DNA of 64,000 nt, from the IMG/VR virus record IMGVR_UViG_3300025867_000005. One strand, written 5' to 3'. This DNA comes from a virus (lineage: Duplodnaviria; Caudoviricetes). How positions within the stretch are numbered: position 1 is the first letter of the stretch; each line of letters opens with the position of its first letter. This document shows positions 27,992 to 37,034 of this stretch, in pieces. Below the pieces are notes generated by a model. That model had not been told where the DNA came from and did not search any database. It saw only the letters and a list, made by a program, of their open reading frames with translations. The position numbers were made by a program, and so were the translations under genes.

Positions 27992-28462
27992 ATGTCAGGA
28001 CAGATTATCATACCTGAAGTCGAAGGTAAATTGACAGGTGGAGTCCGTGGTGTTGCCAATTGCAATTGGTGGCAGTATGCCCGTGATGTGCGGAACATCT
28101 CCCGTAACAGCCGCGTAACCCTTCCTAAAGGCGCTCAGTTGGCAGCGATCAAGGCGTTCATCGATACTATTTGCAAGTGGGATGATGTCACAGACAAATA
28201 TATCGGAACAAGGACTTGGTTGGGATACAAGCTCAATCTCAAGGCCATTTCAAAATTGACATACTACGTCGGTGATACTGCGGTTGAACCGGCACCGGTA
28301 CTTGTCAAAGTTCTTGAACATATAAGCCGTGATTTGAAGAAGATCCCGGTTAATGATGCTGAGAAAACGGCGGTCGATACATTGATTGCCGCTACGGATA
28401 ACCGTAGACTCGGTACCGAACCTTACTTCGGTGGTGTTATTGGCGAAAAGAAAACCATCTAA
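27992..28462 (+). CDS. Hypothetical protein, probably virion-associated
   Basis: AAGGTGA RBS before ATG 27992; flanked by structured intergenic regions. Confidence 0.7.
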   Translation: MSGQIIIPEVEGKLTGGVRGVANCNWWQYARDVRNISRNSRVTLPKGAQLAAIKAFIDTICKWDDVTDKYIGTRTWLGYKLNLKAISKLTYYVGDTAVEPAPVLVKVLEHISRDLKKIPVNDAEKTAVDTLIAATDNRRLGTEPYFGGVIGEKKTI

Positions 28463-28585
28463 AAGGCTGACGGGGGATATCCCCCGTATGAATTTCACCG
28501 CTGAATGGCGGTGATTATTTAGAAACAAACATTGTTTCTGTAAACACACACAACCTGGAAACGGTTGTGAAAAAATGAGGTAAAA

Positions 28586-29200
28586 ATGAGTATTGAAAAG
28601 TATGTCGTTACGACAACGTGGAATATCTCCCGTTTTGGAATAAGCTTCACACGCGGGCAGATACTGAACTTCGACACGGAAAAAGGAAGTCTTGAATTAA
28701 ACGGGAAAGTATTTGAAGATGCGGCTCGCGAAATCTGTGCAGGCAAAAAGATTATCGCTTCGGCAACAAAACTCCCGATCCTTGTACCCTATACTGATAA
28801 GATCGCCAAGAAGGTACTTTCAGATATTGAGCACCGGATGAAAGAAACAGATTCCAAAGTCACCGCTCCTAAAATGGTCGTTATCAATTCGGATGCTGAT
28901 TTGCTGGATGTCATTAACTTGAACATCAAGAATGTCGAACTTCCTGCCAGGGCAAAACTTCCTGAACTTGATCAGAAACTGGAAGTCGTTGAGGAAGGAA
29001 ATGTCGTTAAATCCCTTGTCGGAATAGACGAGCTTCAGAACGAAGTAGAAAAGTTGCAATCTCCTCTCAAGATGAAGGTTGTAAGTGCGGATGAACAAGG
29101 GGCTGGAAATGTTGCCAACAAACCGTTGGTAAACGTAGGACTTAAGATCAGGTCTGTTACTTCCAAGAATCCTGTAATTTCAAAGAAGGGGAAGAAATAA
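28586..29200 (+). CDS. Hypothetical protein
   Basis: 204 aa; GAGGT RBS. Confidence 0.7.
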   Translation: MSIEKYVVTTTWNISRFGISFTRGQILNFDTEKGSLELNGKVFEDAAREICAGKKIIASATKLPILVPYTDKIAKKVLSDIEHRMKETDSKVTAPKMVVINSDADLLDVINLNIKNVELPARAKLPELDQKLEVVEEGNVVKSLVGIDELQNEVEKLQSPLKMKVVSADEQGAGNVANKPLVNVGLKIRSVTSKNPVISKKGKK

Positions 29201-29448
29201 TGTTCTACAGTTATGAGTGTGAAAGTTGTCACAACGTAACGACGATCAACTGCATGATGAAGGACATGAAGAGAAACATCGTCTGTCCTGAATGTGGCGG
29301 AAAGGCCGTTAAATTGATCGAGGCTCCCACTCTTGTCGGGGTATCTTCTTCCAAAGACAGGATAAACAAAGAACAGGTCAGGAAGAACGTAGAAGCAGGA
29401 AAGGTTCAACACGGAAGTCATCTTTCCGCAAGAACGGGGATGAAATAA
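29200..29448 (+). CDS. FmdB-like zinc-ribbon protein
   Basis: YSYECESC...CPECGG....LI. Confidence 0.75.
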   Translation: MFYSYECESCHNVTTINCMMKDMKRNIVCPECGGKAVKLIEAPTLVGVSSSKDRINKEQVRKNVEAGKVQHGSHLSARTGMK

Positions 29449-29451
29449 ACA

Positions 29452-29709
29452 ATGAATACCGAAAGCCACAAAGGAACATCAAAGACATATCGGACCTCTG
29501 ATTTATATCTGAGTGCGTTCCTTTGTGCTTCGGATGTCTTCCTTCAGGGAACTGAAAAGAAACTTGATGGGAAGATCATCTTCTTATTCCTGATTGATGA
29601 AGATAATCTTGAAAGACAGAAGGAGTTGTTCTATAACGGTCGCGGCATGGTTAGTGCCGCCAAGTTCGTAGATTGTATACGAAGGCTGAAAGGTATTTGC
29701 CATAACTGA
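29452..29709 (+). CDS. Small phage protein (DUF5659-like)
   Basis: TSDLYLSAFL...F.F...FYNG...V.A..F...R.LK. Confidence 0.6.
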   Translation: MNTESHKGTSKTYRTSDLYLSAFLCASDVFLQGTEKKLDGKIIFLFLIDEDNLERQKELFYNGRGMVSAAKFVDCIRRLKGICHN

Positions 29710-29714
29710 TAAGT

Positions 29715-29721
29715 TTTGATA
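29715..29721 (+). promoter_or_regulatory. Putative phage late-promoter element TTTGATA (neck/tail operon)
   Basis: Recurrent motif directly before the neck-tail gene block. Confidence 0.55.
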
Positions 29722-29757
29722 ATGAAAACCCTGTATATGGAACAGAGGTTTTAGTCT

Positions 29758-30591
29758 ATGGCAAATTACCCTTCGACATATATCCCGACAGGCACGCTCG
29801 CGTCAGACAGGGCAAACGCGATTATCGATGATTTTCTTACCCCGAAACTTCTTCGTTTCAGGCAGATAGAAGTCAGTGATGAACCTTTACGGCTTGACAG
29901 TGACAGGAAGACGTGGCTTTTAGCTTTCGGAAACATTCTTGAAACCGCACCGATTAAGATCGTCCGTGCCGGTGAAAAGATGATGCCTTCTTCTTTTGAG
30001 CTTGATGCCGAAATGGGAAAGCTTACATTCCTAGATGTCAATACGAGTTTCCAGATAGTTTCAGGGACAGACCTTATCGACACGGTAGATGCGATAGGGA
30101 ATCCGTTAATCGACGTTACGGCAAGTTATAGCTTTGACTATTTCCCTTCGGAAGTGCTTTACGGATTCATCGTGTCTTCAGTCAATGTTATCAATTCCGC
30201 CGGGCAAGACAGTTCTCCTACTTACTACACAGTTGAAAACTGTCCAGATTATTGGGCAGGTGTCATAACTGATTTGGCTTTCGCCCAATGCATGGAACGT
30301 CTGTTATTGGATTACGATTTGTGGAAAGGGAGATTGATTTTCGCGATAGGCGCAGACATGCTTCTTGAAGGACAGGGTGGTGATATCGTATCTCAGCTTA
30401 CGACATTGAAACAGAACGCAGAAGATCGTGCTTACAAGACAATAGACAATCCTGTCTTCAAGGCTGGAGGACGTTTATTGGCTTATCCGACAAACTATTA
30501 TTGGAGAGCGGTTTCTGGTGTCGGGACATCAGGGACAATGAATGTCGGAGGAAGGTTAAGAGGATGGCGGGTCAACAGACTCGGGAGATAA
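29758..30591 (+). CDS. Putative neck / head-tail adaptor protein
   Basis: First gene of the neck-tail block; inserted beta domain and basic C-terminus; call is positional. Confidence 0.5.
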   Translation: MANYPSTYIPTGTLASDRANAIIDDFLTPKLLRFRQIEVSDEPLRLDSDRKTWLLAFGNILETAPIKIVRAGEKMMPSSFELDAEMGKLTFLDVNTSFQIVSGTDLIDTVDAIGNPLIDVTASYSFDYFPSEVLYGFIVSSVNVINSAGQDSSPTYYTVENCPDYWAGVITDLAFAQCMERLLLDYDLWKGRLIFAIGADMLLEGQGGDIVSQLTTLKQNAEDRAYKTIDNPVFKAGGRLLAYPTNYYWRAVSGVGTSGTMNVGGRLRGWRVNRLGR

Positions 30592-30592
30592 A

Positions 30593-30853
30593 ATGAATTT
30601 CAAACAAGAACTTTGCGGAATAGGGAAAATAATCAAAGAAGCAGGTTTCTTTGAAAGGATCAGAGAAGCGGCGATTAGTGTAAGTTCACACGTTACCGTT
30701 TCTAAGAATGATATCTGTAGGGAAAATGTACAGTATATCATCAAATGCGCTGCGGTTTCAGATTGTGAGAACATCAGGAAACGATTATCATCAATAGACG
30801 ACTTCAAGGTTGAAAAGCTTTCACAGGACATTCTTGGAGTCAGCAAAAAATAA
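30593..30853 (+). CDS. Leader-tagged small protein
   Basis: MNFKQELCGIGKIIKEA|G. Confidence 0.65.
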   Translation: MNFKQELCGIGKIIKEAGFFERIREAAISVSSHVTVSKNDICRENVQYIIKCAAVSDCENIRKRLSSIDDFKVEKLSQDILGVSKK

Positions 30854-30859
30854 CTCAAG

Positions 30860-31348
30860 GTGCTGAAAATGGAAATTTCAACTGTTACAGGCCAAGCATT
30901 TTATTCCGGTTCTTGGGTAAACATAAAACAAGTCCTCAAGACTCTCAAAGTCGGAGAGGGCAAATGGGACACTTTGAAAAAAGAAGAAGTCAACGAATTT
31001 CAAGAACGGGTAGACAGAGAAATTGACGGAATGCTTAATGACCTCTATCATACGCCTTTCAGGATAAAAAAAGTTAAAGGTAGTGACGGTAAATTCCAAG
31101 ATTTTTTCCCAGGCGAATTACGGCAGGCAGCCATATATTGGACAGCGGCCTTGCTTGCGGCTTCCGAATTCCAGCAGGTTTCGACAAACACAAACGATCA
31201 AGTAAACCTAACTGTAGAAAAGGCAAAGGGAATGGTGTATGATTTGAGAAGGAACACGCATTGGATACCAGCATCAGAAAGGAAATCCCAGATATCAAGA
31301 ACAATGCCAACGACATGGCAACCGGCATGGACGCTTCAACAGACATAA
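30860..31348 (+). CDS. Putative head-tail connector
   Basis: REIDGML...Y..PF...P..LRQ.A...TA pattern of head-completion proteins. Confidence 0.55.
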   Translation: MLKMEISTVTGQAFYSGSWVNIKQVLKTLKVGEGKWDTLKKEEVNEFQERVDREIDGMLNDLYHTPFRIKKVKGSDGKFQDFFPGELRQAAIYWTAALLAASEFQQVSTNTNDQVNLTVEKAKGMVYDLRRNTHWIPASERKSQISRTMPTTWQPAWTLQQT

Positions 31349-31363
31349 CGGGCTTAAACGCGA

Positions 31364-31930
31364 ATGGAAATAGACCCTAACATAGTCATAGACAGATATA
31401 TCGTCGTGATGAAAGCGAATTCAGTTTTGCTTAATTCTGTGATTTCTGAATTTGAATCCAGGGAATTATCTGTTTTGAAAGGAATCCGCGTAACTCTTCC
31501 GTCTTCTGCCTTCCCTAGTCTTGAAATAGAAAGCATGAATTCTGATTCGTCATGGTATGCGACACGGGTACAGAGGCACACCATGAATTTCAGATGCGTT
31601 TTGACGGTATTGGCACCGAGTGTAGAAGACAGGGAAATTTATCAAAACCGTTTGACTTCAGCGGTTACTTCCATCTTTAAAAACCCGCAGAATCTGCAAT
31701 TCCCGATTCCGTGCGTGGAAGGGTTTTATAGATATGACGCTTTTGTTTATGATTCCTTTATATCGTCTGTACAATATTCCAGCACGAGAGACGGACTTTA
31801 CGGCGTATCAGAATGGGAATGGACAGTCAATATTCATGAAAGGATTCCTGATATTCTTTTCCATTGTGTCCCGAGTCAAGTACCCAACATCATGAAGCCG
31901 ATTGTAAAGGAGATAGGAAATGCTCAGTAA
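31364..31930 (+). CDS. Putative tail terminator/completion protein
   Basis: P..AFPSLEIE motif; size and position before the tube genes. Confidence 0.55.
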   Translation: MEIDPNIVIDRYIVVMKANSVLLNSVISEFESRELSVLKGIRVTLPSSAFPSLEIESMNSDSSWYATRVQRHTMNFRCVLTVLAPSVEDREIYQNRLTSAVTSIFKNPQNLQFPIPCVEGFYRYDAFVYDSFISSVQYSSTRDGLYGVSEWEWTVNIHERIPDILFHCVPSQVPNIMKPIVKEIGNAQ

Positions 31931-32423
31931 TTTGGTCAAACTTTTGAAAACATCAAGATTCCCTGAATATTCAAGGCTATTCCTGTTTGCCAACAAATCT
32001 GCCTATGTCGCTTTGCGTGTTTACCAATCCTATGCAAATGAGGGTGATGGTTATGATAGCTTCAGGAAATCAGCGATTAACAACTGTGTAGACTATCTTG
32101 ATAAGAGCATAAGGACCCTAGAGGCCATAAAGAAGGAAGCCGCCGGGATTCTTCCTAAAGTCTATACGGCGGCTGAAATCGATCCTGCCTATGAACGGAA
32201 TGAGATACTTAAATCAGCGCAGTATTTCGTCAGGATTGAAAAAGCTTGGGATAGCCTAAATGAATTGGTAGGGATGATTCAGAGAGATATCAACAATATG
32301 GAAGAATCGGGCAAAGAAAAGACGGCGAAAGAAGATGCTGTCGCCGCCCTTAAATCAATAATCGGGAACGCAGATGCCGGGATTCGGGTGTTGTCGGTCA
32401 TCAAGTCAAAGATAGCGAGATAA
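31920..32423 (+). CDS. Helical hypothetical protein
   Basis: 167 aa; AAGGAG RBS. Confidence 0.65.
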   Translation: MLSNLVKLLKTSRFPEYSRLFLFANKSAYVALRVYQSYANEGDGYDSFRKSAINNCVDYLDKSIRTLEAIKKEAAGILPKVYTAAEIDPAYERNEILKSAQYFVRIEKAWDSLNELVGMIQRDINNMEESGKEKTAKEDAVAALKSIIGNADAGIRVLSVIKSKIAR

Positions 32424-32425
32424 TC

Positions 32426-33190
32426 ATGATAGCCACTGGAATCATACAACAAATCGCGGATAAGATAGCAGGACAATATGTTTTGCTTACAGCTCCTGTT
32501 TTAGAAATCCAAACATCGGCAAGTCCAGAATACTTCCCGATAGTGACGGAAAGTGACGATTACGGGTTTGAATCCATCATGAACCCTTTCTTGAAGAATG
32601 ATGTTTGGACGACAGCCCCAATTGTTAAAGCTTCTCCACTTAGCAGCGTTGTTTGGGGTCTGATGACCTATTTCAATTCCAATCCTAACTATTGGTCAAT
32701 AGAATACCCAGGAAGCCTGGATCAATACCTTTACATCAACGGGATGACGGTTAAAAAACCTTTTGCGGATGCCGTGTATGATGTTACGGGTTTCAAAATG
32801 TCAGGCGCGGTTGTTGAAAACACGGATGTTATGACTTTTGTAAGATTCGGAAAGACGGCAAGCGATGTACCTTATTTTACTTCAGTCACAAGTTACCAGA
32901 CGGAAGCTTTAAACCTTCCTTATGGCACCTATGATTCATATGTATACTTCGCCCCTACTGACAAAGTTGAAGCATATATTGAAAACGGGTCAATAAATTT
33001 TGATATTCGATTGATATGCAAAGACAAAAACGGCGAGACTTTCATACACGAACAGAATCTAACAGGAAGTACGGGAAGCAAAATCGGATTGCAACTGTCT
33101 GAGAAGATTGTCGGTTTTTCGGGGATGACAACGCTTTATAATGGAGCTGCGAACGATTTGATAAGAATCCAAACAGCACCGGAGGATTAA
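32426..33190 (+). CDS. Hypothetical structural protein
   Basis: 254 aa within the tail block. Confidence 0.65.
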   Translation: MIATGIIQQIADKIAGQYVLLTAPVLEIQTSASPEYFPIVTESDDYGFESIMNPFLKNDVWTTAPIVKASPLSSVVWGLMTYFNSNPNYWSIEYPGSLDQYLYINGMTVKKPFADAVYDVTGFKMSGAVVENTDVMTFVRFGKTASDVPYFTSVTSYQTEALNLPYGTYDSYVYFAPTDKVEAYIENGSINFDIRLICKDKNGETFIHEQNLTGSTGSKIGLQLSEKIVGFSGMTTLYNGAANDLIRIQTAPED

Positions 33191-33194
33191 TACT

Positions 33195-34169
33195 ATGGGA
33201 ATGGGATATGCAGGATATGCGGTTTTAGGTTCAGATGCAGCGGCAGAACCTATTCTTTTGACGAGTTGCAACATCAATCCGGAACTGAACCCGATCATTT
33301 CTCAGTCGGCAGTCGGTTACGGCTGGAAGAACGCGGCAGACCAAAGCCATTATGCCAACGGTGTCATGGATTACCGTGGAAGCATAGGTTTTGACCTTCC
33401 GACTTCTTTGTGGACTCTTCTCAACGAATGGGCTATCACAAAAAGGATATATGCGAAGGATTTTGAACATAGCCCAGACGGAACCTGTAAGTATCAGTAT
33501 TCAGGGGCTGCGGAAACAGAAGCGAATCTTAACGGGGCTTGGTGTGACAGCCTTGGAATCTCCACAAGCGCAGATTCTACCCTTCAGGCGACAATCAATA
33601 TCTTGGCTCTGACACGTACAGTAACGGCAGGTCTAGGATATTCCGCAAATGAAACCGGTATCTTGGCGGCTTCTTGCGACACCTTCCCTGTAGATCCTTT
33701 GAATCCCCTGAATGCCAATAATTCACCTATTCCTTTCTGGAGGACAAGTGCAAGAATTTTGATAGCCGACGCCGATCCAGACGCGGATGTAAGCACTCTT
33801 TCTTGGGGAATAGATTTGGCGAACAACGCTCAAATAATCAAAGCTTGCAATGCCGGAACCGGAACCTACGGAACCGCTTCGGCGGTTGTGATGGGGGCGA
33901 TGTCAGTAACAGGAAACATCGAATTGTATAAGCACAGCGGCGTTTGGGACCCGGTTCTGGACAACCCGATAATCGCTTCTACGGCTTCTTTGGTGGTGAC
34001 GATTGAAAACGGGACAACAGACAAGACAATCACGTTACCGGCAATCCGCTTGGAAAGCGATGATTACAGCCTGAATCTCAATGGACCTGTTGCAAGGCGT
34101 TTCAATCTGAAAGCAATGGGTGGCAAGTGTGCCACTAATGTTATTCAAGCCCCGATCATTATGGCATAA
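33195..34169 (+). CDS. Major tail tube protein (putative)
   Basis: 324 aa, A/T/G-rich beta protein; GGAGG RBS; followed by a terminator; upstream of chaperones and tape measure. Confidence 0.7.
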   Translation: MGMGYAGYAVLGSDAAAEPILLTSCNINPELNPIISQSAVGYGWKNAADQSHYANGVMDYRGSIGFDLPTSLWTLLNEWAITKRIYAKDFEHSPDGTCKYQYSGAAETEANLNGAWCDSLGISTSADSTLQATINILALTRTVTAGLGYSANETGILAASCDTFPVDPLNPLNANNSPIPFWRTSARILIADADPDADVSTLSWGIDLANNAQIIKACNAGTGTYGTASAVVMGAMSVTGNIELYKHSGVWDPVLDNPIIASTASLVVTIENGTTDKTITLPAIRLESDDYSLNLNGPVARRFNLKAMGGKCATNVIQAPIIMA

Positions 34170-34200
34170 GCATTGGAATAAGAAAGATACATTTCATAAC

Positions 34201-34238
34201 AGAAGGGGGATGTTTAACAGACATCCCTTTCTTTGTTT
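34201..34238 (+). terminator. Intrinsic terminator after the tail tube gene
   Basis: gggatgtt / gacatccc stem plus T-rich tail. Confidence 0.75.
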
Positions 34239-34255
34239 AAAGAGGAATAAAAGAG

Positions 34256-35101
34256 ATGTTCGGATATGAATCTTGGGTATTGTTAAACGGGATATTCATG
34301 CCCGCTACGGCGGCAGACACACGCCTTGACCGTGCCCGTATCGACAGTTCCGGAATTTATGGAGGAACGATAACAGGAACGAATATACCTATAGGCCAAG
34401 TGCATTTATATGACTGGCCTAATGTTTCCGCTTCTTTCACAAGTGAAGCCACGCCGACGCTTATGGCGATAGTCAAGGAAATGATTCTTAAAAGACAAAG
34501 CCCTGTTTCTCTTGTTCTTAATTCAGGGCAATCGGGGTCACAGGAAATTCAGCAGGCTTGGTGGAACCAGATTACCGTATCTACAGGAGAAGATTCTTTA
34601 GTGACTGTCAGCATAGATTTCACAGCTCTTGAAAGAACAAAGTTTGACGTTGATGCCTTTGCCGCGTATTGGGCAAACGATATCGGAGGTTTCGCTAAAA
34701 CTTGCTTTCCGGAATATGCTCCGATTCCTTTCTGGAAAACCAAAATCCTTGAATTTGAATATGTCAAAAACTGGAATTTTACCATTTCTCAAGAAGTCGC
34801 AAAATTTTTCGGCTGTATGAATTATCCTTCCAACGTCCCTGCGAATCCATATGTCTTGGGATGTGGTGTTCTTTCAGGCACTCTGGCTTTTGCCACGCAT
34901 GAAGAAAATTCTTATGTGATAACCGCTATGCCTTCCGTGTTCTCTGGGACAGAGCTGAATACAAGAGATGTTCTGACTATTAATATAGATGGGATTTGGA
35001 TTACGTGCCAAGGAGAATTGAATACGGTTGACAATCCACTCTCCGGCACGTTGAACCTGAATGAAGTCGGATATAACTTCCAGATATACGGAGTATCTTA
35101 A
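34256..35101 (+). CDS. Tail tube paralog 2
   Basis: Shares the N-terminal GY and PIPFW motifs with 33195. Confidence 0.6.
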   Translation: MFGYESWVLLNGIFMPATAADTRLDRARIDSSGIYGGTITGTNIPIGQVHLYDWPNVSASFTSEATPTLMAIVKEMILKRQSPVSLVLNSGQSGSQEIQQAWWNQITVSTGEDSLVTVSIDFTALERTKFDVDAFAAYWANDIGGFAKTCFPEYAPIPFWKTKILEFEYVKNWNFTISQEVAKFFGCMNYPSNVPANPYVLGCGVLSGTLAFATHEENSYVITAMPSVFSGTELNTRDVLTINIDGIWITCQGELNTVDNPLSGTLNLNEVGYNFQIYGVS

Positions 35102-35113
35102 AAAAGGACAAAG

Positions 35114-35584
35114 ATGAAAATAGAACCGAGAAACAGCAAAGCACAGCCACAGTCTGTTGAATTAAGTCTTCAGAAACCGGGAAAGTACGAATCCAATCCG
35201 GAACAGACATTCGATATCATCATCAATGTTCTGAACAGACAAGGACGATGGATTGTCATTCAGTCACCGATAAAAGGTAGTGAAGAACACAGGGTTACAT
35301 TCAGGCTTTGGACTTTTGAAGAAATGATTGAAATCAAAAGGAAAGCAACAACCGTAGATCCGATGTCAAGAAAGACGAACATTGACTTCGACTTGATGAA
35401 CAGGATGAAAGTACAGAAGTTGTTGACAAGTTGGACGTTTTCAAATGACAATCCGAGACTGTCTATCCAGCATGTGAACGGCGTCATGACAGATGAATCT
35501 TGGAAGGCGTTTACGAAACTCGATCCTTCGATTATTCAGAGAATACTTGATGAAATGAACTTTTTCTTGGATTGCGGCGGATGA
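35114..35584 (+). CDS. Putative tail assembly chaperone
   Basis: F..WTFEE..EI.RK, L.SW.F; position between tube and tape measure genes. Confidence 0.55.
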   Translation: MKIEPRNSKAQPQSVELSLQKPGKYESNPEQTFDIIINVLNRQGRWIVIQSPIKGSEEHRVTFRLWTFEEMIEIKRKATTVDPMSRKTNIDFDLMNRMKVQKLLTSWTFSNDNPRLSIQHVNGVMTDESWKAFTKLDPSIIQRILDEMNFFLDCGG

Positions 35585-35585
35585 A

Positions 35586-36209
35586 ATGGAAATAGACGAT
35601 GTAATTGATAATATCTGTCTTCTTGGAAGGAACGTAAAAATAGAAGTTCCTTTTGTCTCCTATTCCGGAATTGAAATTCCGACAAAAGAAAGCCTTACCA
35701 AGAAAATTTTCATCTTTAAGGAATTCACACTCAAAGACAGTTTGGAACTTGACAGGTTGTCTTATTCGATCCGTAATTTCAACAGCTTTTTCGACGCTTC
35801 TTTTACCGACTATAATATCTATCGCTACCTTATGATGCGAAGGACAATCATTTCCGTCGGAGACAAGACTTTCGAAAGGCAAAACGGATGGATGACAAAG
35901 AAAGACTGGGATGTTTTTAAAACATTTCCGGCACCAGTTTTGAACTATGCCCTTAGCTTGTATGAAGACTCCTTTTCGATGTCAGAAGAAGAACATAAGA
36001 AGCTGGAAAGGGAAACGGCTTTGTTGTTCGGCAGCAAGGCAGGAAAGGTTTTAGACCCTAGCCCAGGAATTTCCATGACGTTCACTCTTGAAAGCCTATG
36101 GGACAAGTTCGGCCTGACGAAACAAGATGTGGAAAACATGCCGTTGAAAGAATATTCGAAAATCAAACTCATTCTTACAAAGGAAGCTGAAAAGATGAGG
36201 GACGTATGA
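35586..36209 (+). CDS. Putative tail assembly chaperone
   Basis: Similar F.FKEFT..D..EL pattern; C-terminal GLT..DVENMP..E motif. Confidence 0.5.
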   Translation: MEIDDVIDNICLLGRNVKIEVPFVSYSGIEIPTKESLTKKIFIFKEFTLKDSLELDRLSYSIRNFNSFFDASFTDYNIYRYLMMRRTIISVGDKTFERQNGWMTKKDWDVFKTFPAPVLNYALSLYEDSFSMSEEEHKKLERETALLFGSKAGKVLDPSPGISMTFTLESLWDKFGLTKQDVENMPLKEYSKIKLILTKEAEKMRDV

Positions 36210-37030
36210 CGGATACCATCACATCAATAAGATTGGGTTACGGAGGTCGTGGATTTATCAACGGGACAGAAGTCCTTATGACTTCCGGCAGCCTTGAAAA
36301 TTCCGTGTCTCCAGCCTACACGTCCGGATATCTTATCCCGATGAACGGAACAGACAGAAGCAGGGTCTTGCATGCCGATGGAACTGTTACCCATTCCGGC
36401 AGCATGGGTTTCGATTTGACCCTTAACGGCCTCAGCGTAATTGAAAGCCTGATGGCTAGAAACCAAAAATTTAACGTTGAAATGTATGACGGTAAATATG
36501 GTTTCAAAATCGGTGGTGTCGGTTTAGACGGATGTGTCGTGGATACCATTACCGTAAGTGGCGCTCCTAACGGATTCATCACGGGAAGCCTCAATTTCTC
36601 ATGTAGGAACCCCGCAACCAAACAATTTTCAAGCCTTGCAACGAACAACAGGGATATGAATATAGGAGATGTCATTCCTTATTGGTGGAGCGGTAATTCC
36701 TATGTAAGGGATTGGACGCTTACCTTTTCTCAGGCGGTGACTCCTAAATTTTCAAATTTAAATCGATACCAACTTACAACAGAAGGAATTCTTGCAAGTT
36801 CTCCGGTATACTTGTTCGTGGGTGAAATCACTGTAAGTCTTGAATTCAACACGTTTTGCCCGCTTGTCACGGATACCGTTTACATTGCTACAGATTCCTT
36901 TAAGGTCGTCGGCAGAACAACTTCTACAGGCTATTCGGTCGGCGGTCTGAACGAATTGCCTTCCTATCACTATTCTATCCAAAGTTCGGCGATAGGAAGC
37001 AACGATCATAACATACTAACCATAGGATGA
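36206..37030 (+). CDS. Tail tube paralog 3
   Basis: LGYGG.G.ING, GSMGFDL (compare GSIGFDL in 33195), VIPYW...YVRDW. Confidence 0.6.
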   Translation: MTDTITSIRLGYGGRGFINGTEVLMTSGSLENSVSPAYTSGYLIPMNGTDRSRVLHADGTVTHSGSMGFDLTLNGLSVIESLMARNQKFNVEMYDGKYGFKIGGVGLDGCVVDTITVSGAPNGFITGSLNFSCRNPATKQFSSLATNNRDMNIGDVIPYWWSGNSYVRDWTLTFSQAVTPKFSNLNRYQLTTEGILASSPVYLFVGEITVSLEFNTFCPLVTDTVYIATDSFKVVGRTTSTGYSVGGLNELPSYHYSIQSSAIGSNDHNILTIG

Positions 37031-37034
37031 CAAC

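Noticed and set aside
6477-30853. Leader motif as a Sec or lipoprotein signal peptide
   Set aside because: No continuous hydrophobic core; Lys/Arg/Glu are interspersed in an amphipathic pattern
31920-32480. MLSNLVKLLKTS and IIQQIADKIAG as further leader copies (also the N-termini of 180 and 12000)
   Set aside because: Only partial matches; not counted without a profile search
35114-36209. Classic tail-chaperone programmed frameshift
   Set aside because: No convincing slippery heptamer near the end of 35114-35584, and the next ORF has its own ATG
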